Source of the DNA: Alkalispirochaeta sp.
GTDB taxonomy: Bacteria > Spirochaetota > Spirochaetia > DSM-27196 > Alkalispirochaetaceae
Direction of reading: 5' to 3'
Assembly: GCA_965601925.1 (NCBI GenBank)
Contig: OZ271854.1
Location: 992,001 to 1,056,000, forward strand
DNA: 64,000 nucleotides
Positions 37,152 through 46,722 of the stretch are shown piece after piece; within the stretch, counting starts at the first letter, position 1, and each line of letters starts with the position of its first letter. The translations under genes and the position numbers were made by a program. The notes under the pieces were generated by a model that was given only the letters and a program-made list of their open reading frames with translations, was not told the DNA's origin and searched no databases.

Positions 37152-40100
37152 CGCGGCACTCCCGATATCGTCGGCTCCACGGGCCCGAACAGGTGAGGGC
37201 GACGCATACGCACCAACTCGAAGAGGCGAAAGAAGCGCGCCTCGTCGTCTTCACCCCGAGCCGCGGCGGCGACCTCGGCGGTGGTGAGGGTGCGCTCCGT
37301 TCCGGCGAAGCGCACCGTGACCGTGTCGCCCTTCAAGAGCCATCCCTGGTTGGTGCTCTGTGCGAAGTCCTCGGCAGTGCTGAACACCGTCGGCTTGTCG
37401 CGATACGGCAGCCCCTCCCACGGACAAAAGTGCCCGCAGTTGCCGCATTCGTTGCAGTACGCGTCGATGTGGACGATCTCGTACGGATTGTCGAAGAGCT
37501 CTTCATCGGCCACCGGCAGGGCGATATTGGCGCGATTGGGGCAGACGTCGACGCACTTATTGCAGACGAAGTCGCACTCCAGGCAGCGCGACCGCTCCAC
37601 GGCCCCGAAGCGGGCGGGCTCGTAATCGGAACGTGCGTCCGGCTTGGCAACGATCCGGCGCCGCTTGTCGGCGATGTGCGCCGCGCGCTCCTCGGCGTCG
37701 AGACGGGGCACGACTTCCGATCGCACCCAATCCGGCTCCACTCTGCGACAGATGGCGTCGGCGGCGCGGCGTCCCTCGGCGATGCAGTTGACGATGGTTG
37801 AGGCGCCGGTACGGCTGTCGCCGATGAGGAAGACGTTCTCAATCTCCGTCTCGCCGCCCTCCGACGTTGGGACGCCCCCCCGCTCGTCTGGGTGGAGGCC
37901 GAGATCTCGGAGCGAGACGACGTCCGGATCGTCGCCGATGGCGTAGACCACGCTGTCGGCACGAATCTCTTCGGTCGCGTCGGTGGGCACGGGACGACGG
38001 CGCCCCGAGGCGTCCGCCTCGCCCAAGGTCATGACGCGTACGGTAAGTGTTCCATCGTCGTTCAGCCGCTCAGGGCTGCGAAGCCAGCGAAACGCGACGT
38101 CGTCCTCCCGGGCAAACTCATACTCCTCACGGCTCGCCGGCATCTGTTCGAAAGCGCGACGGTAGACGATTGAGGCGCCCTCGACGCCGGGGCATCGTAG
38201 GGCCGCGCGGGCGCAATCCATCGCGGTGTCGCCGGCGCCGATCACGACGACCTCTTTACCCATCTCAAGCGTCGTCGCGTCGCGGTTGTACTGCAAAAGG
38301 AACGGGAGCGACGGATGGATGCGCGAGGAGTCCCCGCCGATCGGCAGATTCCTGGTTTGGTAGGTCCCCAGGCCCAGAACGACAAACTCGAAGCCCTTCT
38401 CTTTGAGTTCGTTCACGCTGATGCCGTGGGTGACGCCGAAGTGGAACTCGACGCCCATATCGCGGATAACTCCGACATCGCTATCGATCGCCTCACGGGC
38501 GATGCGAAAGTGCGGGACAACGTTGCGTACGACGCCTCCGGCGTCACGCTCCCGCTCAAAGACCGAGACGGCAAATCCCTCGCGGGCGAGAAAGTACGCC
38601 GCCGAGAGTCCCGCCGGACCGGCACCGACGACCGCCACCTTCTCGGACCGCACCGGGCCGGGGTGTCGTTGCGGACGATACGCGTCGATCCCTTTCAAGA
38701 CCGCCAGTCGCTTGACCTCACGGATGTTGAGGCAGCCTTCGTAGTCGAGGCGTGTGCAGACCAACTGACATTTATGGTCGCAGATATGGCCCGTGATCGA
38801 AGGGAGGGCGTTGCGTTCGTAGATGCACTCCAACGCCTCGTCGTAGCGCTCTTCCCCGACCAGGCGGATGTACTCCGGTATGTGCTGCCGAATCGCGCAG
38901 GCGGTGACGCACGGCGCCTCGTAGCAGTCGAACAGCGGTAGCGCTCCCGGAACGGCGACCTCGTCGGTGCCGCGAAACTCCTTGTGGAGGCTTCTCTCGG
39001 TATAGGAGCTCCGGGCGAGCGCGGCCAGCGCCGCAACGTCGATTCGACTCATCTCCCGGTCGTCGACGGCGTCCAACGCCTCGGCGATCTGCACTTGCCG
39101 GAGGTAGCCGCCGGGCTTCAACAGATCGGTGGCGAGCGTGACGGGGCGGATGCCGGTCTTGAAGACCGCTTGCGCGTTGTGAACGGTAATCCCTCCGGAG
39201 AAGGAGATCGGCAGCTCCCCGTCGAACGCCTCGGCGAGCCGGGAGGCGACGGTAATGGAGAGGGGAAAGAGTGCGCGCCCCGAAAGGTACATCTCGCCGC
39301 CGGGGAGCTCCGTGCGATTGTTCTTGGTCGCGAGGGTGTTGGTCAGCTTCACACCGAAACACCTACCGTGATCCGCCGCGACGGCTCGTAATCGTGCGAG
39401 GATCTCCAGAGCCTGTGGATACTGCAGGTCGTGCGCGAATCCCTCGGCGTCCAACGCGACGTAGCCGAAGCCGAGACCGGAAAGAATCGACGTCACGGTA
39501 TCGTAACCCAGAAGCGTAGGGTTAAGCTTTACATACGTGTCCAGCCCCTGATCGACGAGCATATGGGACGAGATCGCCTCGATCTCGTCCGGCGGACACC
39601 CGTGCATCGTCGAAAGAGTGACGGAGCGGCACATTCGCCCGGTCACGGTAAAAGCCTCGAATACCTTCGCTTTCTCCTCTAAACCGGTGCCGGCCAGGAG
39701 CGCCGGCATAACGGTGCGCACCTCACCGATCCACCGCGCAAAGAGCGCCTCTGCGGAAGAGTCCTTCATGCGGTTGATGTAGCGCTGCATCGCTTCGGTG
39801 CGTATCCCGGCCATGTCGTAGCCGACACTCATATTGAAGATGAAAGAACGCTCCAAGCCGGAAGCCTTCATATCGAAGAGCTCCTCGACGACGTGGAGCA
39901 GAATCCACGCCTTGGCGTACTCCCGCCACGCCTCCTCCAAGGAAAGCTCCGTGGACCACTCGGTGTTGTATCCCTCGTCGTAGGCGTCGATACACGGCTT
40001 CTCAATCTCAAGAGCGTCGAGGATCTGGACCGTTTTTAGTTCGATGAAGCGGCTACCGGTGAGATACGAGCACACGATATTGGACGCCAACTGCGTGTGT

Positions 40101-40282
40101 GGGCCGGCGGCCGGGCCTAAGGGTATCTCGCACGATTCGTTTAGAATGCGAACGGTGCGCGCGTCGGTTCGGCGGTACCAGGAGTCCTGAGGAATATCGA
40201 ATATCGACCGCTGTTCGCGATACTCCTCAAGCATGCGCCTCAGGAGTTCGCCTAACGGTACGAGCCTCATGTTGTCACCCAT
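37148..40282 (-). CDS. ygfK: YgfK Fe-S flavoprotein oxidoreductase (DPD-like; annotated putative selenate reductase subunit)
   Basis: GPAAGPHTQL, ELKTVQ, LSTMHGCPP, KLNPTLLG, GAGPAG, CLECDFVCNKCVDVCPNRAN, CNECGNCGHFCP; AAGGAG RBS. Confidence 0.93.
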   Translation of the reverse strand: MGDNMRLVPLGELLRRMLEEYREQRSIFDIPQDSWYRRTDARTVRILNESCEIPLGPAAGPHTQLASNIVCSYLTGSRFIELKTVQILDALEIEKPCIDAYDEGYNTEWSTELSLEEAWREYAKAWILLHVVEELFDMKASGLERSFIFNMSVGYDMAGIRTEAMQRYINRMKDSSAEALFARWIGEVRTVMPALLAGTGLEEKAKVFEAFTVTGRMCRSVTLSTMHGCPPDEIEAISSHMLVDQGLDTYVKLNPTLLGYDTVTSILSGLGFGYVALDAEGFAHDLQYPQALEILARLRAVAADHGRCFGVKLTNTLATKNNRTELPGGEMYLSGRALFPLSITVASRLAEAFDGELPISFSGGITVHNAQAVFKTGIRPVTLATDLLKPGGYLRQVQIAEALDAVDDREMSRIDVAALAALARSSYTERSLHKEFRGTDEVAVPGALPLFDCYEAPCVTACAIRQHIPEYIRLVGEERYDEALECIYERNALPSITGHICDHKCQLVCTRLDYEGCLNIREVKRLAVLKGIDAYRPQRHPGPVRSEKVAVVGAGPAGLSAAYFLAREGFAVSVFERERDAGGVVRNVVPHFRIAREAIDSDVGVIRDMGVEFHFGVTHGISVNELKEKGFEFVVLGLGTYQTRNLPIGGDSSRIHPSLPFLLQYNRDATTLEMGKEVVVIGAGDTAMDCARAALRCPGVEGASIVYRRAFEQMPASREEYEFAREDDVAFRWLRSPERLNDDGTLTVRVMTLGEADASGRRRPVPTDATEEIRADSVVYAIGDDPDVVSLRDLGLHPDERGGVPTSEGGETEIENVFLIGDSRTGASTIVNCIAEGRRAADAICRRVEPDWVRSEVVPRLDAEERAAHIADKRRRIVAKPDARSDYEPARFGAVERSRCLECDFVCNKCVDVCPNRANIALPVADEELFDNPYEIVHIDAYCNECGNCGHFCPWEGLPYRDKPTVFSTAEDFAQSTNQGWLLKGDTVTVRFAGTERTLTTAEVAAAARGEDDEARFFRLFELVRMRRPHLFGPVEPTISGVPR

Positions 40283-40504
40283 CGAGCCACTCCTTGCCCG
40301 CGGCACCCCCGGGCAACGCTATCGCTTCCACGGGAACGACCGGACGGTCGGTCCATCGGCCGACAAAAAAAGAAAGGTTGAGTTTAGGTTAATATCAAAA
40401 GCCGTGCGCTCTCGCGTTTTGTAGCTTTGAGATTATCCTACGTCCACCGACGGCGGCCGTCAAGACGACCGTCGAGTGGATATTATCTCAGTCGCACACC
40501 TATT

Positions 40505-41797
40505 CTAACCGATGAAGAAGTGCAGCACGAACACCGCGGCCACCACATAGGTCGCGACCCCCACTTCCTTGGCCCTACCGCTCAAGACCTTCAGAATCAC
40601 GTAGGATGTCAGGCCCCACACAATGCCTTCGGCTATGCTGTAGGCCAAGGGCATCATCACCATGGCCAAAAAGGCCGGTACGGACTCGGTAATCTCCGAA
40701 AAGTCGATCTCCCGGACAGGGCTCATCATGAAAACGCCCACCAGAATCAACGCCGGAGCGGTCGCGGCGCCGGGAACGAGGAGAAAGAGGGGACTCAAAA
40801 AGAGAGCGAGAAGAAACATGCCCGCGGTAGTGAGGGATGTCAGGCCGGTGCGGCCGCCCTCCTCGACACCGGCGGCGCTCTCGACGTAGGTGGTAACCGT
40901 CGATGTGCCGAGCATGGCGCCGACGGTGGTTCCTACCGCATCGGCAAAGAGCGCCTGTTTTGCCCGAGGAATCGAACCGTCCTCACGCAGGATACCGGCC
41001 TTTGTGGAGACACCGATCAAAGTTCCTACGGTGTCGAACATGTCGACAAAGAGAAAGGTGAACAGGACGATCACCATGTCGATGGTGAATATTCGGCTGA
41101 ACTCGAACTGCAGAAAGATAGGTGCCAAAGAGGGCGGCGCCGCCACGAGTCGGAATCCGGTAAGGTTGGTGACTCCCATAGGAATACCGATGATCGTAGA
41201 CCCGAGGATTCCCCACAGAAGCGCGCCGCGAACCTTGAAGGCGATCATGACGCCGGTGATGATCAGGCCGATGACGGCCAGAAGGGCGTTCGGATTTCCC
41301 AACGAGCCGAGCCCCACCAGAGTCGCATCGTTATTCACGATGATTCCGGCGTTCTGCATGCCGATAAAGGCGATAAAGAGCCCGATACCGACGGAAATCG
41401 CGCGCTTGATATTCATCGGAATCAGATTGATGATCGCTTCACGAATATTGAAGAAGGTCAAAATGAGAAAGATGATACCTTCGAGAAACACTGCGGTGAG
41501 CGCAAACTGCCAGCTATAGCCCATGCCGAGGACGACGGCGAAGGCGAAGAACGCATTGAGTCCCATACCGGGAGCCAACGCAAAGGGAAGCTTGGCAACC
41601 AAGGCCATCACCACCGTGGCAATGAGGGAGGCCAGAGCCGTGGCCGTAAAGACCGAGTCCGCCGGCATCCCCGCAGCCGAGAGAATGCTCGGGTTGACCG
41701 CGAGAATGTAGGCCATAGTCAAAAAGGTGGTGATTCCGGCGATAACCTCGGTTCGAACCGACGTGTTATGCTCTTTGAGTTGAAAAAAACGTTCCAT
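40505..41797 (-). CDS. NCS2 permease, AzgA/PbuG type (adenine/guanine/hypoxanthine)
   Basis: TEVIAGITTFLTMAYI, LAPGMGLNAFF, DMFDTVGT, TTYVESAAG. Confidence 0.92.
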   Translation of the reverse strand: MERFFQLKEHNTSVRTEVIAGITTFLTMAYILAVNPSILSAAGMPADSVFTATALASLIATVVMALVAKLPFALAPGMGLNAFFAFAVVLGMGYSWQFALTAVFLEGIIFLILTFFNIREAIINLIPMNIKRAISVGIGLFIAFIGMQNAGIIVNNDATLVGLGSLGNPNALLAVIGLIITGVMIAFKVRGALLWGILGSTIIGIPMGVTNLTGFRLVAAPPSLAPIFLQFEFSRIFTIDMVIVLFTFLFVDMFDTVGTLIGVSTKAGILREDGSIPRAKQALFADAVGTTVGAMLGTSTVTTYVESAAGVEEGGRTGLTSLTTAGMFLLALFLSPLFLLVPGAATAPALILVGVFMMSPVREIDFSEITESVPAFLAMVMMPLAYSIAEGIVWGLTSYVILKVLSGRAKEVGVATYVVAAVFVLHFFIG

Positions 41798-41856
41798 CTT
41801 TACTTCCCCTTGAGCTGAATAGTGATGACCCCCGCCCCGGGACGAACAGTTCACTC

Positions 41857-41989
41857 AGTGTAAACCTCCTTTTCTTTGGGCGCAACTTAAAACCTTCGCT
41901 CTTCAAATAAGCAAACGACGAAAATGGCGCCTCAAAAATGGGCATATTCAAACCTTTTCCTTGCTCGGTGATTCTCGCGGGGCTATTCT
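41857..41989. promoter_or_regulatory. Divergent sigma70-type promoters for the permease (minus) and ade (plus)
   Basis: Minus: TTGCGC-17-TACACT (41885-41857); plus: TTGCTC-17-TATTCT (41961-41989). Confidence 0.5.
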
Positions 41990-42006
41990 GAACGTGGGGG
42001 TACCGC

Positions 42007-43740
42007 GTGGAACGGAAACATCTGATCGACGTTGCGATGGGACGCAGTGATGCGGATCTCGTGCTGCGAAATGCGCGTGTTGTTAATGTGCGCACTCATG
42101 AAGTGGTAACGGGAGACCTCGCAGTGGCGGGCGGCGCCGTGGTGGGCATCGGCTCCTACGACGGGCGGGACGAAAAGGACGTGGGCGGCCGGTACGTAAT
42201 TCCCGGTTTCATCGACAGCCACGTCCATATCGAGTCGGCACTGGTCTCTCCCGAGCAGTTCGCTCGCCTCGTGGTGCCCCGGGGGACTACTACGGTGATA
42301 GCCGACCCCCACGAAATCGCCAACGTCGCGGGGATTGAGGGTATCCGCTACATGATCACCGCCGCCAAGGACATTCCCCTCGACGTTCTGTACATGTTGC
42401 CCTCCTGCGTTCCTGCGACCTCTTTTGAGAACGCCGGTGCAATCTTGGATGCCGAAGCGCTGGCGACATTGATCGACGAGGAGTCGGTGCTGGGGTTGGG
42501 AGAGGTGATGGACTATCCGGCGGTCGTCGCCGGCGACGCCGGAGTTCTGGCGAAGATCGCACTGGCCGCCGAACGAGACAAACCGGTCGACGGCCACAGC
42601 CCCATGCTCCGGGGACGCGGTCTCACGGCGTATCGCGCCGCGGGCATCGGCACCGACCATGAGTGCTCTACGGTAGAGGAGATGTCCGAGCGTCTCAGGG
42701 TGGGCATGCGGGTGCTCATTCGCGAGGGGTCGGCGGCGCGCAACCTCGAGGCCCTTGTCGAAGGAGTGAATCGCGACACCGCAAGGCGCTGCTCCTTTTG
42801 CACCGACGATAAGCAAGCCGAGGATATCCTGCGGGAGGGCCATATTGACCACATCGTACGCCGCGCGGTAGAGCACGGTCTCGATCCGCTCACGGCGATT
42901 CAGATGGCGACGATTAACGCCGCGGAGTGCTTCTCCCTCGACCGGAAAGGGAGTCTCGACCCCGGTTTCGCCGCAGACCTTGTCGTGGTAGACGATCTTG
43001 AACGCTTCCACGTTCGCGAGGTGTATAAGGGCGGGCAACTCGTTGCGGAGGACCATCGCGCCGCCTTTGCCGTACCCGGTGCCGACATCTCGTCGGTGAG
43101 CGGGAGCGTGCACGTCGCGGAGCTGGACGCCGAGAGTTTCCGCCTCCCACTGGCGGGCACATCCGTCAACGTAATTCGCCTCAACCCGGGAAGCCTCATC
43201 ACCGAAAAGGAGATCCGCACCGTGGCGGTCGACGACGAGGGTTATTACGCCGCCGATGAGACGTCCGCCGTCTCGAAGCTCGCGGTCGTTGAGCGGCACC
43301 GCGCGACGGGAAACATCGGTTTGGGGCTGGTCGAGGGGTACGGCGTCGCGGGAGGCGCCGTCGCAACGACGATCGCACACGACTCCCACAACCTGATCAT
43401 CATCGGCGACAACGATCGCGACATGTTCGAGGCGGCCGCCGAGCTCATACGGTGCAGCGGCGGTATGACCCTTGCCAAGGGGGGCCGTATTCTCGACACC
43501 CTCCCCCTCCCGATCGCCGGGCTGATGTCCGATGAGCCGGGGGAGAAGATAAGCGAACGGCTGGCCCACCTCAACCGGCTGGCACACGCTGAGCTTCGCG
43601 TGAACTCCGCGATAGACCCCTTTATGAGCCTCTCGTTTCTGGCGCTCCCGGTGATTCCCGCCATCAAGCTGACGGATATGGGACTCTTCGACGTAAGCCG
43701 TTTCGAATTTATGAACATCGAGGCGGTCGCCGACGCCTAA
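42007..43740 (+). CDS. ade: Adenine deaminase
   Basis: PGFIDSHVHIES, DPHEIANV, PSCVPAT, DGHSP, DHE, IREGSAA, AHDSHN. Confidence 0.95.
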   Translation: MERKHLIDVAMGRSDADLVLRNARVVNVRTHEVVTGDLAVAGGAVVGIGSYDGRDEKDVGGRYVIPGFIDSHVHIESALVSPEQFARLVVPRGTTTVIADPHEIANVAGIEGIRYMITAAKDIPLDVLYMLPSCVPATSFENAGAILDAEALATLIDEESVLGLGEVMDYPAVVAGDAGVLAKIALAAERDKPVDGHSPMLRGRGLTAYRAAGIGTDHECSTVEEMSERLRVGMRVLIREGSAARNLEALVEGVNRDTARRCSFCTDDKQAEDILREGHIDHIVRRAVEHGLDPLTAIQMATINAAECFSLDRKGSLDPGFAADLVVVDDLERFHVREVYKGGQLVAEDHRAAFAVPGADISSVSGSVHVAELDAESFRLPLAGTSVNVIRLNPGSLITEKEIRTVAVDDEGYYAADETSAVSKLAVVERHRATGNIGLGLVEGYGVAGGAVATTIAHDSHNLIIIGDNDRDMFEAAAELIRCSGGMTLAKGGRILDTLPLPIAGLMSDEPGEKISERLAHLNRLAHAELRVNSAIDPFMSLSFLALPVIPAIKLTDMGLFDVSRFEFMNIEAVADA

Positions 43741-43803
43741 AGAACGGGCCGTGCCCGCGTGCCGCCGACACGTTTCGACGACGCGCGGGTCACACATCCT
43801 CCG

Positions 43804-45219
43804 TTAGTTCACATCCTCATATCCCGACGAGGGCGTCCCGGAGACCTTTTCCTGACGCAACGACCGCGGCAGTACCAGATTGAGAAAGAGCGCCGTGAGC
43901 CCGCCGGTGGTGATTGCGGATCCGAAGATCTGCCGGAGAAGGGGCGGGAAGTTCTTGAGCACGTCGGGGACAAAGACGACGCCGAGACCGAGGCCGAAAC
44001 TGATCGCCATAATCAGAACACCACGCCGATCGATAGTACTGGAGGCGATAATTCTCACTCCCGCGGCGGCGACCGTTCCGAACATAATGATAGTGGCACC
44101 CCCCAACACCGGGGGAGGAATAATCGAGAAGAGCCCGCCGACGACGGGAAAGAGTCCTACCACGACCAAGAGACCGGATATCCAGTAGCCGACATACCGA
44201 CTCGCAATACCGGTCATCTGGATAACTCCGTTATTCTGGCTGAAGGTTGTGTTGGGAAAGCTGTTGAACACCGCTGCGATCGCCGAGTTGACGCCGTCGC
44301 CCAAGACACCGCCGGAGATGCGTTTCATGTAGACATCACCCTCGATCGGCTCGCCCGAGACCATCGACGTTGCAGTCAGGTCTCCGATCGATTCAACTGT
44401 GGTAATGAGATAGAGGAGCAAAAACGGGACGAGGCTCGCCCAGCTGAAACGGAAAAAACCGTAGCGGAAGGGAATCGGAGCTTGAATGACGTTGAGGTCC
44501 CGAAGAGCACCGAAGTTGACGCGGCCTAGTATCGCGGCGACGACGTATCCCACCAGTAAGCCGATGAAGATCGCGCCCATTCGAACGAACTTGTTCCGAC
44601 TGCGATTCAATACCACGATCGTGACGAGGACGATCGCGGCGAGCCCCAAGTTCTGCCACGTCGCAAAGGCGTCCGGCACGTTCGCCTGGACGTAGGCTCC
44701 GCCGGCGATATCGGTGATACCGACTCGAATCAGGGATAGACCGATCATCGTCACGACGATACCGCTGACCAAGGGAGTGATAATCTTGCGCAACAACGGA
44801 ATGAAGCGGCTGAAGATCATCTCGATAAATGAACCCAAAAAACAGACGCCGAACACCGTCGCCAGCGCCGCCTCCACGGTACCGCCTCCCGCCTTGACCG
44901 CGAGTCCGGTCGCAATGACGGATCCGAGAAAGGTGAAGCTGGTGCCTTGAATGCTGAGGAGACCGGATCCTATAGGGCCGATCTTTCGCACCTGAATGAA
45001 TGTACAGATTCCGCTGGCAAAGAGCGCCATACTGATGATGAAACTACTTTGCTGCACGTCCAACCCCAATGCACCGCTTATGATAATCGGCGGGGTAACG
45101 ATGCCGACAAAGATGGCCATGAGGTGCTGCAATGCGGCAAAGAAGGATTGGAGAGTCGTCGGTTTGTCATTGAGACCGTAAATCAGATCCGTTGCGGACA
45201 CACGATTGGAATCGGACAT
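43804..45219 (-). CDS. NCS2/NAT xanthine or urate permease (XanP/XanQ-like)
   Basis: ALQHLMA, QGTSFTF, ESIGDLTAT, PNTTFSQNNGVIQMTG NAT signature, PVLGGA. Confidence 0.92.
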   Translation of the reverse strand: MSDSNRVSATDLIYGLNDKPTTLQSFFAALQHLMAIFVGIVTPPIIISGALGLDVQQSSFIISMALFASGICTFIQVRKIGPIGSGLLSIQGTSFTFLGSVIATGLAVKAGGGTVEAALATVFGVCFLGSFIEMIFSRFIPLLRKIITPLVSGIVVTMIGLSLIRVGITDIAGGAYVQANVPDAFATWQNLGLAAIVLVTIVVLNRSRNKFVRMGAIFIGLLVGYVVAAILGRVNFGALRDLNVIQAPIPFRYGFFRFSWASLVPFLLLYLITTVESIGDLTATSMVSGEPIEGDVYMKRISGGVLGDGVNSAIAAVFNSFPNTTFSQNNGVIQMTGIASRYVGYWISGLLVVVGLFPVVGGLFSIIPPPVLGGATIIMFGTVAAAGVRIIASSTIDRRGVLIMAISFGLGLGVVFVPDVLKNFPPLLRQIFGSAITTGGLTALFLNLVLPRSLRQEKVSGTPSSGYEDVN

Positions 45220-45364
45220 AGAGGCTGCTCCTTTTCTGTAAACGAGATGAAACAACTATTCTCACACCGCGCGTACTCCCGCGGTGAGAAGCGCCTATAT
45301 CTACCGGTACTCAGACGGTCGGCGCCACCATCGGTCGGCGCCGCCTATACTCCTGCGAGCGGCA

Positions 45365-46222
45365 TCATCCGCCGAGGGGCGTTAAAACATCATCGATAAA
45401 TGCGCCGACTAAGTTCAGCGCAACTTCCGTTCTGTAGTAAGCGGTGGATCGCTGATCGTCGATCGGAGAGACGAGCTCGCGATAGCCTTCGATAAGCTCG
45501 TCGCGGCGCCTGACGACCTCCTCGATCGATAAGCCCTTCATCGTCTCCTCGACTCTTTGAGACCGAACGACCGTGGGCGCAACGGCACCGAAAGCTATGG
45601 CGACATCGGCGATCACGCCGGCCTCGACTGCGGCGCAGGCGGCGACGGACAGCTTGGAAAGGGCGTTCGCACGGCGCGTCCCCACCTTTTTATAGAACCA
45701 AGCGTCGCCGGACCGGCCGGGTATCACAACGGTTGTGAGGAGTTCGTCGTCTCCGAGAGCGGTGCGCCCCGGTCCGGTGACGAACTCCTCGATTGGGAGT
45801 CGTCGCGTCCCGGCGGATGAGGAAAGCTCGACGTGAGCGTCCAAGGCGTACAACGGACACACCGCGTCCGCCGCGGGAGAGGCGTTGCAAATGTTGCCGG
45901 CAAGGGTACCGACGTTTCTGAGGCCCGGGGCGGCGATCTCGACGATGGCGGCGCGGAGCAGTTCCGGTGTCGCCGGATGCCGAAGCAGGTCGGTATAGGT
46001 TACCGCACCGCCGATGCGCAGCTCTCGATAGCGGCTCTCGATCCCCGTTAACTCTTCCAGATGGGCTATGTATACGATGGGTCCGTCAAACTCCGGCACC
46101 ATCCCGGCCGGCTTGCGGTACCGAACTAACAGGTCCGTGGCTCCGGCCATGGGGACCGCTCTCTCCCGGGCCCTGACGGCAAGCGCGTCGGCCAGGCTTG
46201 CGGGGCGATACCACGAACTCAT
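45365..46222 (-). CDS. xdhB: Xanthine dehydrogenase family FAD-binding subunit
   Basis: AGATDL, LRNVGTLAGNICNASPAAD, SPIDDQRSTAYYR. Confidence 0.88.
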   Translation of the reverse strand: MSSWYRPASLADALAVRARERAVPMAGATDLLVRYRKPAGMVPEFDGPIVYIAHLEELTGIESRYRELRIGGAVTYTDLLRHPATPELLRAAIVEIAAPGLRNVGTLAGNICNASPAADAVCPLYALDAHVELSSSAGTRRLPIEEFVTGPGRTALGDDELLTTVVIPGRSGDAWFYKKVGTRRANALSKLSVAACAAVEAGVIADVAIAFGAVAPTVVRSQRVEETMKGLSIEEVVRRRDELIEGYRELVSPIDDQRSTAYYRTEVALNLVGAFIDDVLTPLGG

Positions 46223-46722
46223 GATGCCGCCTCGACGTCCCGCCCTTCCGCATCGGATACGAGCTCTTTGGAGGCGTTACTCACCGCCTGCACGATGGCG
46301 TCGTATCCCGTGCAACGGCACAGGTTGCCGGAGATTCCCTCTCGTATTTCGTGATCCGTGGGGCGGGGATTTTCTCGAAGGAGCGCGTCGGCGGCGACGA
46401 TCATACCCGGTATGCAAAACCCGCACTGCACCGAGCCGTCCGCGGCAAAACGTTCGACAAGACGCTTACCCCGCTCGGTATCGCGAACACCTTCTATCGT
46501 CTCGATCCGACTCCCTTCGACCGCCCCGACTGCGAGGATACACGAATCCACGAGGCGTTCGTCCAGAATAATGGAGCAGGCACCGCACTCGCCCTCGCCG
46601 CACCCCTCTTTTACCCCGAGTAATCCTAAATCGTCGCGGAGGACGTCAAGGAGCCGCTTGAGCGGGTTGACCGTGACCGATGCTTCTCGCCCATTTACCA
46701 GAAACCGTATCTCTTTTTCCAT
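46219..46722 (-). CDS. xdhC: Xanthine dehydrogenase family 2x[2Fe-2S] subunit
   Basis: [29 protein letters not shown]. Confidence 0.9.
   Translation of the reverse strand: MEKEIRFLVNGREASVTVNPLKRLLDVLRDDLGLLGVKEGCGEGECGACSIILDERLVDSCILAVGAVEGSRIETIEGVRDTERGKRLVERFAADGSVQCGFCIPGMIVAADALLRENPRPTDHEIREGISGNLCRCTGYDAIVQAVSNASKELVSDAEGRDVEAAS

Noticed and set aside
37148..40282. Selenate respiration inferred from the ygfK name
   Set aside because: Legacy annotation; the context points to purine ring reduction
40394..40410. Sigma54-like GCGCACGGCTTTTGA upstream of ygfK
   Set aside because: Lacks the invariant -24 GG and the -12 GC
41798..42006. Purine riboswitch upstream of the NCS2 permease
   Set aside because: No UAUGG, GUUUCUAC or CCGUAAA core; region is explained by divergent promoters
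41983..43797. 604-aa antisense ORF over ade, and similar long shadow ORFs (40427-41818, 20284-21390, 40-879)
   Set aside because: They mirror well-supported genes on the opposite strand, lack motifs, and are expected in GC-rich DNA
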